DNA of 61,319 nt, filler included, from Diploschistes diacapsis (lineage: Eukaryota): the NCBI GenBank assembly GCA_023645945.1. It is 9 parts of 9 records of this genome, joined end to end, with 100 filler letters (N's around TTAATTAATTAA, not from the genome) between each part and the next. Parts side by side here need not be neighbours in the genome. Positions count along the whole stretch, not along the records: positions 1 to 26,670 come from JALAIB010000174.1; 8 more parts are not named here. One strand, given 5' to 3'. Position 1 is the stretch's first letter. Every line of letters starts with the position of its first letter. Positions 11,725 through 23,445 of this stretch are shown here, piece by piece. The notes beneath the pieces were generated by a model. That model saw only the letters and a list, made by a program, of their open reading frames with translations, was not told the origin of the DNA and searched no databases. Made by a program: the position numbers and the translations under genes.

Positions 11725-11796
11725 TGTCAGATTATTAACCTAAATAGGGTTAGTCTGACTGACTAATAAAGCTTATTATAAATCCTATTAATAATA
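11725..11796 (+). mobile_element. Fragment matching the 5' end of the LTR-like repeat at 47007, interrupted by a MITE
   Basis: TGTCAGATTATTAACCTAAATAGGGTTAGTC vs TGTCAGAATATTAACCTAAATAGGTTAGTC at 47007. Confidence 0.6.
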
Positions 11797-12052
11797 ACGT
11801 GTTTCACCACGCAACGGAACACACCACCAAGCGGAACACAATCCCTGCACCTTCGTAAAGTGTATTTCTTAACATTTCGTACAAATAATTTAATAATGTG
11901 TGGTTGTGGGGCTTCGTACGGAACAGGCTTAGCTCAAAAGCTCGCTTAAAACTTAGAAACCAAACGAAATATGGAAGCGCTCGATCTAGCGCAATTACAT
12001 TATAATGTAGTGTTCCGCTTCGTGGGGTGTTCCGTTTCGTGGTGAAACACGT
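11797..12052. mobile_element. Fot1/pogo-type MITE with TA target-site duplication
   Basis: TA|ACGTGTTTCACCACGCAACGGAACACACCACCAAGCGGAACAC ... GTGTTCCGCTTCGTGGGGTGTTCCGTTTCGTGGTGAAACACGT|TA; TIRs contain internal CGGAACAC repeats. Confidence 0.9.
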
Positions 12053-13283
12053 TAGTCGAGGATCTTATTAGTAATCAAAGATTACTCGGGAGGACTGCGG
12101 GTTGTCGATCAATAAGTCGAAAATTACGTGAATAAGAGTACAGGGGAATTGTGCGCCCGAGCACTCGCTTACATAGAAGCTGCTTCATCGCGGTTACACG
12201 ACGGTTGTTGGCTCGATATTCGTCACGGGACCATGGAGTCTCTTCAAACCAGCCTTCCGGTTTAGGTTTGCGGTGACCGAGTCTCGATCGGAGCTTTGAC
12301 AGCAGCTACTGTAGCCTACAAGCATAATGGCGTCCAGATGAGACAGCCTTCGCTGCTTTTATGGACGCCTTCGCAAAGCTTGCGTCGGGTCAGATCGAAG
12401 CGATTCGAGTGAAGAGCAAGCAAGTAAAGATTTTAGTGTGAGCTCAGCATCTCACTTTGCCAGTCGGCCCATGCAGATAGATGCCTGTTCGTTCCCAGAC
12501 ATTCTCGTATGGTTGGTACGCATGGCAGGTTGACCTGTCACACAGTCACTAATGGTGACGTCGACTTCTTTGAACTGTATCGACAAGAGATCTCAAGGAA
12601 GAGGCTGGAGATGTCACGCTAAAAATAAATTGATCCGGTTGAAGCCCAAGCCGCTTTCAGAACTTCTCCTGGCTTCGGTATACTGCCACTTTATGCCCAC
12701 TTAGAAGCTCCAAGGATGCTTCAGATCAATTATGGGATGAATCCAAAATGTCTCGGAAGAACTTCAAGTATCTCAGATTTGTTGGGTAGTTATTCCTGAA
12801 GCACTCTTGGAGCTCTTGTGTGGGTGCAAAAGCATATTTGCTATGCACGGCAACGATGACACCATGTCTAACAAGAGATTGGAAAAGGTTTCTTTACTCT
12901 CCTGTTCTTTCTTTTGTTTCCATTTTGGCCTGAGATTCTCTTCGTGCCTTCTATCCGTAAATAGTTAGCCTTAATCTTGAAAAAGACTTGGGTGACACTG
13001 GAAGTACAGCTTCGAACTACGAAGATGCCACTAGGGGGATTCAGCAGCCGTTGTGCTGCTGAATCCCCTTACCAGTAGCCACAATCACCCACTTATGGAG
13101 GGAAGCTATGATCTGCGCCGCGGGGCATTTGAGCTTCGCTTCAGCCTTCTTTTGGAGCGAACAGACAATGTGCCAACGCGCGAGGTGTTCCCTGTGAATC
13201 ATGAAGTCCAGGTATATTATCTTTGAGTCAGTCTGCATTGCGTGGATTCTCGAGTTTTGGCTAAACAAGGCAGTCCCTGAGCT

Positions 13284-16200
13284 ATGTCCATGTTCCGCGT
13301 GCCTCCGGTCCCGGAAAGCGGCCTTCGTCTTCTCTCCCTTGATGGCGGCGGCGTGCGTGGCCTCTCTTCCCTTGCAATTCTCCGCTCTCTTATGTCCGGC
13401 ATCAATGCCGATGCCCGCCCCAAGCCATGCAAGTACTTCGACTCAATCGGCGGTGCGTCCACGCGCGGGCTCATCGCCATCGTGTTAGGACATCTAAGAT
13501 TGGGGGTAGAAGAATGTATGGACGCCTATGTAGGCATGATGTATCGGATGCTAGAGAAGAAGAAACACCGAGTGACACTCGTGGGGACACTCCATGGGAG
13601 GTTCAACTCAGATGAAGTGGAGAAGTATGTGCGAGCCGTACTCGTCAGACTAGGGATGGAAGAAAGCACGCTGCTTAAGGAAGATGCGGGAGTTGACAAT
13701 GGCGAGATAGGGCAAGCAAAGGCGATATGCAGGGTATTCGACTGCGCGGCAAGTTAGGAGACCGGAGACACGGCGCTTTTTACCTCTTATCGAAACACTA
13801 GTGAGAGACAGCACTTGTACTAGACTACGCAAATATGGGAGCCTTGCCGAGCTGCGACTACATCATTCTTCGAGCCTGTCACTATCGGTCCTTATGGGGA
13901 GAGGTTCATTCACGGAACCGCGGGTGCCAACAACCCCATAGGGGAAGTATGGGACCAGGCCAAGGACATATGGGATCTGGAACGACTGGAAGAGCATCTC
14001 AATTGTCTGGTATCAGTTGGCACCGGAGTTCCCAGCTTAACACCATTTGGTCGGAGCTGAAAGTCTATCAGTGCAAAGCTTCTATGTATGGCAACCGAGA
14101 CCGAGAGAACGACGGAGAAGTTTGTGCGGGATAAGGGTGTATCGAAGGGCGTGGGAAGTACTATCGGTTCAATGTCTTTGCGAGGCCTAGAATATATTGG
14201 CTTGGAAGACTCATCGTCGAAGAACGCGAATCATGGCAGCAACAGGAAGATATCTGGAGAGTCATGACGTTCAAAATCAAATCATGTCTTGCGTGGCTAT
14301 GCTTGACTCATGACCAACTCCGGTTGCTGAGGCACTCCTCGATCGCCTACGCCCGTCCCAAGGAAGGTCAAAGTCTACATCATCACAGTCTTGTAGATGA
14401 GTCCACCGCCATGGACCAACCTTCAAGACTCCTCCAGCATCCTGGGAGGTTGGATACCCCGGTGGAGGTCAGGACCGATAGTGTACGAGAAGCTAGTGTC
14501 AAGTAAGGCAGCCGATGATGAGAACAGGCTGACTTCATTGTTTCAGAATACCGTATTCTTTTTACAATGTCTGTATCCGCTATACGATCGATAAGTCAGA
14601 CTCCCTCGCCCCTCATTAAAGCAGCACGCAGCAATAACGTTCTTGAAATCCGCTCACTACTCAAGTTGCCTTGCACCGACCTCGCTATCGCAGATACCGG
14701 GGGGCACACGTCTCTCCATTTTGCCGTTATGGCCAAGAGCAACGCGATAACCACCATCTTAGTCCGCGACGGTTCAGTCCTGGACTTCCAAGACTACCTC
14801 GGCTGGACGCCCGTACACCATGCGGCAAAGCAACGGCTATCTCCATTTCTTCTACCTCCTGAGTAAGCGCTTGAAAGATATGGATCTTAAAGCGACGGAC
14901 AACGGCGGAAACACACCCTTCCATACAGCGTGCGTGGAAGGGCAGGTGGGCGCGATATGCTGCTTTCTCAGACACGGGGTACGGCATGCGCCAAAGAACT
15001 ACGAGGGCAAGACAGACTTGCAGTGGGCGGAAGCTGGATGGGTGGGAGATCTGGTGGCATTCGAGACGATGCGTCAGGGAAAGGAAGGTGGAAGAACGAT
15101 GTGGCAGTTGGCAGTGGAGAGCGGGAGGGTCGAGGCGCGGCAGATGTGGCGCTGGCGTTTGTAGAGGACGTTGATGGGCAGGCTATTGGAGGCCGGACAG
15201 CGCTGGCGATCTCGGCGGAAAAAGGATGACAAGAGTGAGTTGGGATTTGTGGCATTCTTCTCGATCATGGCGCAGCCCCGAAAATTGCGGAGGGCGACTC
15301 CGCGATGGCGCCGCTGCATCTTGCTTTCTCCAAAGAGGCAACACGATGTGGTAGAGCTCATCCTAAAGTGTATGGAAGATGAAGCAAGCCTCCTCGACCC
15401 GAGGGACTCTTGTGGCCGAATCTCGTCTTTACTGCCGCTCTGAACGGACGCCACAGGGTCCTAGAACTACTGCTTGCTAAGGGCATCGACCCCTGCTGCA
15501 GGGATCGTGATGGATTTCTGGCAATACATCGTGCATCATACAACGACGATATCGGTTCCGGATCCGCAATCCTCCATCAAGTCACAGACATCAGGATAAA
15601 GAAGCCTACTTGCGGTGAAAGGGCTGCCTTATACAATGAAACTCCATGCAGGTGACCCAACTGAGATCGAGTGGAAGTCAGATGATGCGGTTCCTGCTGA
15701 AGGAAGCGGACAATATACCAGAGGTCAAAGATCCGTACCCCCAAATCATGCGCCAGGCACTGCAGGACGGTGAAATCGGACCACTTGGCCTCCTTTTCGA
15801 AAAAGGCTATACCCCGTACAGTAAGGACGAGAATGGCGCGTCAGTGCTTGATCGCGCCATCAAGGATTGCGAGGCACCAACCATTTTCGGTATACTGAAA
15901 ATTGACATCAATCTAGCGACAATTGAGCAATTGCAGCGATTCCTTTTTCTCGCTTGCACAAGGGGCTATAACAACCTGACGCGGCTCGTGATCGAGAGCA
16001 ACAAAGCAAACCTCAACAAATCGAACAGAGTCCATTGCGAAGTTCTCATGAAGCTTATTCTGTGCGAGTGCAATGATAGAAAGAAAGAAAATATACCGCT
16101 GCTGCTGGAGCACGGCGCAGGCTCGAACCAGCCGAGCTCCAGCTACCAGCTTACACTGTTACACAAGGCTGCATATAAGCTTCGCCTGCAAATATTGAGC

Positions 16201-17284
16201 TGCTTCTCAAATACGGAGCACTCGTGAATGCGGAAGATGGCGATGGCAGGACACCCCTTTGGCACGCCATGGGTGCACAGTATTCTCCCCAAAACAAAGG
16301 AGCAAAGGTTGCGCCTCCTCCTTGATCCCGGTGCCGACCTGAATGGCGGTGGATCTGCAAAGCCCATCCACGAGGCTGTGGAAGGCAGAGAAGGAGCCCT
16401 GCGCATCCTTCTCGAGGCCGGAGCCGACGCGCACGCACCCGATACGAAAGGCAACAAACCCATCATTCTCGCCCTAGACACGTTGATTTCAATTCCAAAG
16501 GCTGGGACATTATGCAGACGCTAATCGAACGTGAAGGCTGCACGCTCTCTCAGATTTTCCTACCTCAGAGCTACGGCAACGATGAGGGGGCGCCGCCTCA
16601 ACATACGGTTCTTCGACCGACTCCTTGACGCCGGGTTGAAGGTTAACCCCGACAACCCTAGAGACGATGGCGGAATGTCTCTCACTGAGACGGCAGGCCA
16701 AGCAAACCTTCATATGGTAAAACGCCTCGTATCCGCTGGCGCGGACGTTAACTGTGTCCTGGAAAGGATGTACTACAAACACGGCTACCCTGCTCTCTAC
16801 CATGCCATTCACTCCAACAGCCCAAAGTGCGTACGTCTCATACTCAACGCCGGGGCCAGCATCGATGGTCCAGCGTACAGCGACAAAAAAAGCCATTCAG
16901 TGGGCGGTGCAACTTATGGAGCACTTTAAAACGAGCCGAGAGATACTGGATATGGTGCCGGAGAAGAGGCTGGATGTGAATATGAGGAATCACTACGGAT
17001 ATTTACTGTTGTACGAGGCCATTACACGCAGGAGAGGCTCGAGCGTCGTCAGGAGGCTGTTGGAGCGTGGAATGGATCCGATTCTGCTGGGCCAAGAAAG
17101 GAAGGGGGAGAAGACCAATGCGCTGGATTGGGTGGAGACCAGATCCAAGGGAAAGAGTTACGCGGACATTAAAGATATGTTGGAAAGGGCTGGGTTGAAG
17201 CCGATCAGAAGGAAAGGGGGACCACAGTCTGAAGCTTCAAGCGCGGTACAAGCAAGTGGACAAAGGTTATTCGGCCGAGCCTAG
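13284..17284 (+). pseudogene. Patatin-like phospholipase plus ankyrin-repeat protein, multiply frameshifted
   Basis: LSLDGGGVRG, GGASTRG, GANNP patatin motifs; ankyrin repeats (GHTSLHFA, GWTPVHHA, GNTPFHTA, GYPALYHA) spread over many short ORFs in changing frames. Confidence 0.82.
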
Positions 17285-20200
17285 TCAGCAATACGACTTG
17301 GAGCCGACTATACATGGATACCTGCACGTCTCGGCGTATTACTATACTGTCTCGCGAGCTCGAAAATCGAGAATTGTTTGAGCCAAAGTTTATGTTATGC
17401 CTTGTTCCTTACTGTCGGATTTTTGTTAGAGCTAATCAACAGTGCCGCCACAATCTACTATTTCCTTGACTTTGGGTTCACTTACAAGTTAGGGGTGAGG
17501 AGGAGAAAGGACTCATATCTCGCGCTGCCCGCGCTTCATCGCCTTGGACAGGATGAGGTGGCTAGGAGCAGCGGCATGGTCTCACTATTCCTCCCATGTT
17601 CGAGGTTGCCTTTGGAGGGAGAAGCAAGGTTCAGGCTCCATTGAAATTTGCTCGATATACTGTGCTGTGGTTGTAAGAACTCAAACATCATATGAGCCTA
17701 CAGGAGGGCCTTGCAAGCGTCGTCAACTTCCTCGTCGTATCTCCTAATGAATTCATTGAGGAATGTACAGACTTTTCGACTATATCCGGTGCGTCTTCGC
17801 AACGCAAGCGGCGGATGGCGTATTGGAGATTCCAAGTCTCCTTGGAACAAAGCTCTATTGAAACAATGCTATCAGTTCGGCTGTACTTCCGTTGCCCTTT
17901 TACTAGTACCACTCACGTTCCAACTACTCAGCATGAAAGGTCGCTAACTAATCGCTACACCATCACCGTACAAAATCACTGTGCTGGACCAGGTAGAGCA
18001 GCGGGAACATAGCCATCGACGTAATCGCTTCGCGCGGATCCAGTGTCAATGGTCAATTGTAGTTGGTACATTGGCGCAGTTGTGGCTCGGAACTCAATTG
18101 CCAATCTGACCGGTCAGCTTTCGAGATGTTCGTCCGACGCGAGCTCAGCTCACCGGCTGCCCCTGCCTCTGCCTCCAATTGCACAGGCAGATTACCTGTG
18201 TACAGTGTACAAGAAGCCGTGGGGGCTCGACTGTTGTTGGTGCAGTAGATCTACACCTTTCAGTTATAAGAAGCGTGTTTCCTGAACTCCCGTTGAGTAC
18301 AACGATGTATTAGAGACCGCGCTACAGATGTATCATGGCGCGCTTACTGCATGCTGTGATACTGTACACGCACCATACGTACAGCGTGCAGTAAGATCAT
18401 GAGGGGAAGCTACAAGTTGTGTAGGGAAGGTGGCAGCGCTGCTGCGGCGCGTCAGCAACACTTTATCTTTACAACGCACCGTGTACTGAAAGCTGTCCCT
18501 GACCACATGCGGGCCACGTCCAAACCTACTATACGTGCGTACAATGAATGGGCCAGGGATGGAGTTGGAGGCCAGTCGCATTGCGTCCGGGCAACCTAAT
18601 CGTGCTTGACTATCTCCTGTTTCTAGTTGTCCGATGATCACACCATGGGTTGGTGGTGCTACAGCTGCCCGCAGCTGCTGCTAGGTACTGTGGGATGCAC
18701 GATCTTGTAATTTCATGTTCTAAGTGCTTCAAACGGGTGGTTGGTGGATGCCATGGTGGGTATCTACCAGATACCAGATACCAGCTATCTGCTGAGCTTT
18801 CGTCCAAGTGCAATTGCCAACTGTAGAGACAAACATACACGGCTTGGGCTTACATGAGCACATTGATACCACATGCATGTCAGCCAGGTTCCTTCGAAAC
18901 TCGGAGAAGAAGCAGGAGGAGCTGAAAGATGGTCGACATTACTACTTCTTTGCTGTCCGCCTTGTGTACGCCTACTGATATGAGTGAGCAGTAAGCACCA
19001 CGGCCCATCCAGAACCGTGCGCTTGGGTTCTGGTTTCCAAAAAGCCCGCAGCTAGACCGTGCTGACCATGCTCGGGGCAGGGTATAGAATCAATTACCAG
19101 GTCGGTCGAGCTTGCTGAGGCCAAAAGCCGAGCCTAGTCCTTGCGGGCGTCATTGTTGAGTCCAAGCTATGGTGGTAGGGAGAGGGGGGGAGGGGGAAGT
19201 TTTGTCCTTCTTAGCAACAAGGCAGCAGGGGATGAGTAAACCTAGAAGGTGTCTTCGTCACCGTTTGGCTGCTGCGTTTTCATGCACGCAGACATCCATG
19301 AGCAACCCTACCGTTCCAATCAACCACCACGATCGGGCTCTATGAAACTTGAGCTCGCATCATGCATCCTCCACTCTAGTGTGCTCGACTCGGGCAGTGA
19401 GAAGGCCCGAGGACGTCGAGTTATGACCAAGGTTATGGTGCCCTTTTCCCACGCTGACGCCCAATCCTCCATATGCGCGTACATGTGCACGTAGAGAGAG
19501 TACAGTCACAGCCTGTGCTCCAACCCCCGCATACCAGCACACCACCGATCAGCAAAGCCGAGACCGGTTGTCGAGACGGGGGAGATGCTACATGCAGTAA
19601 GATGCGACTAGTACAGCTGTATGTATCCAGTACAGCGTAGAATTCGGAAAACATGAGCACTGAGCCGCTTGGCCGATGAGACGGGGGACTGGGGTAAGGC
19701 ATGTCGAGCCCTTGGACGGAGCCTTGAAGCTGAGACACGGGATTCAAGCCTCGGATGCAGCGGGCATTGGGAGATTGAGATGGGGGCTTGGAGGAAGTTG
19801 CAGCTCTTGGAAAGGGGGTGTGCGAAATTACCCAATATGGAAATAGCCCGAACCGGGGAAAGACGGGCAAAAGGGCGGTGGGTGGTGGACGTGCACAAGC
19901 TATACAAAGCCCCCAAGTCAAAAGGCTCGAAGAGAAACTTTCCCCATCCTTAACCTGCTGCACATCTGGAGGAGAAGTGCGGAGAAAAGAGACGTGAAAT
20001 TTGTACTGACTGCGCTGAGCTGGCATTTGGCAACGTCCCCCACTTATCTGGGGCAACTCCGACGCAGTGGGGGACGGGGCGACCAGAGGACACGGTGACC
20101 CTGCGGCTTGTGCTGACGGTCCCATCACCACTGCTACTCTCTCGCATGCCTCCCTTATCAACGCCATGTGGTAGCTTTATAAGGCTACATTTCTTTCGTG

Positions 20201-23200
20201 CATATAGGCTGCTATGATGGGTTGGGGGGGAGGAGTAATAGATTGAGATACTCTCGGTGTTGTAGGACCACTACTTTGAAAACTTGGCAAATTTTTCAGA
20301 TATGCTGCAACAGCGGAGTCCGGCCCAACTTTGATTTTTATTGAATTCATGAAATGAGTGTGTCGGTGCGCTTCTTGCCAGCTTGCACCTCTTCAAAATC
20401 CCTAAACTGAATCGTTACTTGGAATGGAAAATAAGTGACCGCCCACGCTCCAACAACAAGCTCCCACAGGGGTGGAATAATCCAATATTCCGAATAGCCA
20501 AAACCGGCATCACCCCATGATTGCTGCATCATGAGAACTTGGTACATTCGTACTTGGAAGCATTTTTTTTCCCTTGGGTAAGAAGCCTCAGCATCTGGAT
20601 ATGCCGCAAACGCCAAAGCCTAACACTCAATTTCTAATTTGCGTTGTGATTCTGTGCCCATTGTGCCTCATCTATGGCGTGTTGTCCAGCAGGAACTGCT
20701 TGGTGAGGAGGAACGTTGCATCCTCTGGTCTTTGAAAAGCAGTACCGTTAGTGATAGCGCATGGCTAATAGGGTTTTCTGAGATATTCGTCCTTACACGA
20801 CAAAACATGCACCATATGCCGACTGTGATCCACTGGTTGCATTGACAAGAACTAATGCCAGAACCCCCAAGACATTGTCTTGACGTATTGACATTCACAT
20901 TGGGTTTCGACATGAGTGCTGCTCTTAAGGTAGAGAATTTCAGTGATGTGACTAACGGTCCAGTTGATGGGAGAAGACTTTTTGCAAAAGAATGCAGTAG
21001 ACCACGCAGTCGTAGCAAGAGGGAAAGTTCTGCTCTTATAGAGAGCCAGAAGTTAATACGAGAAGTGCTCCGCAGATGAATGTTCAGCACTCGGGTCAGG
21101 AAGTCAGCGGATAATCGGTTGTAGCGCTAGATAAATTAACGCCCATGGCGGGCCATGGGCGACTGAACCTATCTTGATGCAAAGATATTGGGAGCGCTTG
21201 GTACCCCCATTGTGTGCAAAGAGTCGGATATTGAGAGCCGGCGTCGTGGTGATGCTTAACGCGGACCCTTCATTTAGGATGATCAAGCTAGCATGCGCTG
21301 GCTTAGCCTGGGAATATCTCAACGGCATCTCATGAAGTGATCAAACACGAAACCGTCCGCCTTGCCATGTTCTCGCTATCGTCGCCTGAAATGTCCAGTA
21401 AATGAGCCTAGACTGGCTTGGGCTGTGTGGCGTACATACTGAGCCGTGGAGCGAGAACTGTGAGCTGATATACAAGGGTAGATGCTGGGCCAGCTTCACG
21501 TGGCCAACGACGTAAACGGCATTCGATGCTCTTGCAGCGGCAACACAAGACATGTTTCTAATTAACATCTCCCAACATACCAAAGTTCAGCTCGGAGCAG
21601 CTCCTCCTAGAAGGGTATATAAAAAAAAGGAGTAGATACCCCAACAGATGCCTAAACTGCACATAAGGCCGATACGACGACATGTAAGACTTATCGGACT
21701 GGGTCTGAGAACACCGTGTGATCAAAAGCTGGTTTTGTGCCTGCTGTGTCGCTACCTCCAACTATTGACCACTTCAGCTTAGGCACTGGAGGCCTGCGTT
21801 TTTACCGTGTCTCTAGCCAATAACGATGGCATCTTGCCATATGTGCCTCGAACTAGAGATTTGTGTTTGACAGCTCGTTGGACTTTGAATAAAAGAGAGT
21901 TTAAACATCCATCCCAGTTGAATTTCTAGAGACAGCAAACAATGCTATACACCATCGGGTTTGTTTCGCATGGGCAAATAGACTATGTTTGAAATCTTAT
22001 AAACAAGAGATAAGCTTCATGATTCAATGAGACAGAGGAACGGGAAGGATCTATTTTTGATATTGGAACGACAAAATATAAATCGGGATTCTTGAGTTAA
22101 AGAACAGTCAAATAGCAAGGCCAAGCTGTGTTGGAATATCTCCAGAAAGACGAAGAGAAAGAAAAACGAAAGTATTCATGGGCGCTCTTGCTATCGTATA
22201 TCTACCCAGCCCTAAAACTAATGCTGTAAGCAATTCAGTAAGTTACCAGAAAGTTCCAATTTCCCGTTTTCGCACCACTACCAGCTTGGAGAAGAGAGGG
22301 TTTGGCTAACGTATTGTTACCACTCCTGTAACATATCCTGTAAAAAACAACCCCCTTATATGTGTTCTTGATTCTACAACGTCTGGAGACAAACAAGTCG
22401 AGGTGTTCAGTATCAGCCATCGAAGAGATCCCAAGCACGATTCTATCTTCTATCAATAGGACCTTTCCTGTAACAAGGCGTAAGGCGATTGCACATGTGA
22501 GATCCGATAACCCCCTCCCTCTCCACAAGAAGCACAACAACGCACTGACCATATAACCCTTCGGAGTTCTCTTAGAGTTCTCTTAGTTATTCCCGGCCAA
22601 GACGCCGTTCCAATAGGGATCCCATCACTAAGCTATTACAAAGGCCGCGAGCATTTTCAGTTAAAGAAAGGGGGGTTGCATTGCATAAGCCTTTGACAAG
22701 AGTTTCCCCCGTTCCCTGATCACTCCCCTCATCCGACCTACTGGTGGCCGGTAGATAGTCTCGAGCAACCCTGCATCTGGTGCTTGTTGCTCATGGATCC
22801 GCTACCAGAGCTGCTGTTGCCTCGTTGCGAAGTTCGCGATAGTACCGTCATTGGAGGGGAAGTACAAGGCGCTTCGCTTATACAAAGAAGAGCAGCTGGT
22901 CCGAGAGTACAAAGGATTGGGGAGACCAAATACATATCGCTGGGGCTACAGGCATAGGGGGGGCTAGGGACAGGTACGAGACAAGTTCATATTGCAGGGC
23001 CAGCAGTGGCTTCGTTGCATGGACAGTGCAAGCTCCAGAGTCACTTTGGGAATGAGATCTACTACTCAAAGAAGCGCCTTGTCCTGCATCATATTGTGGC
23101 ATGATGAAGCTGGCCGTCGGGCATTGAAATGTCTAAAACGGGCGCTTAAAGGACTCGGGACTGTGCATTGTAGGATTGAAGAGCGTGAGGGCAACTGGAG

Positions 23201-23445
23201 ATGAAAGCCACTTTGGCCGTGGCGCATATGCAACTTCGACCTTAAGTCCTCTTAATATCCGAAGGGTCTCGAAGACTTTCAAGCAACGCCCCCATCAATC
23301 ATCATAATCTATACGAGAGAGAAGGCTGGTGGCGTTTGCTCTCTCAGAGCTCAGACTCAGAGCCTCGTTACCTTCCCTTTAAACGCTATTTTCATTGCGA
23401 TGCTCGGGTGCCTCCTTTCCTAATCGCTGACGCTGACGTGCAGTC

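Noticed and set aside
19433..20167. 244-aa ORF in the gene-free region
   Set aside because: Pro/Ser-rich, no recognisable domain; likely a chance ORF
8071..23400. Starship giant transposon (tRNA-like site plus ferric-reductase-like and patatin/ankyrin cargo)
   Set aside because: No DUF3435 tyrosine-recombinase captain or boundary repeats visible; the membrane protein is better explained as TmpA-like
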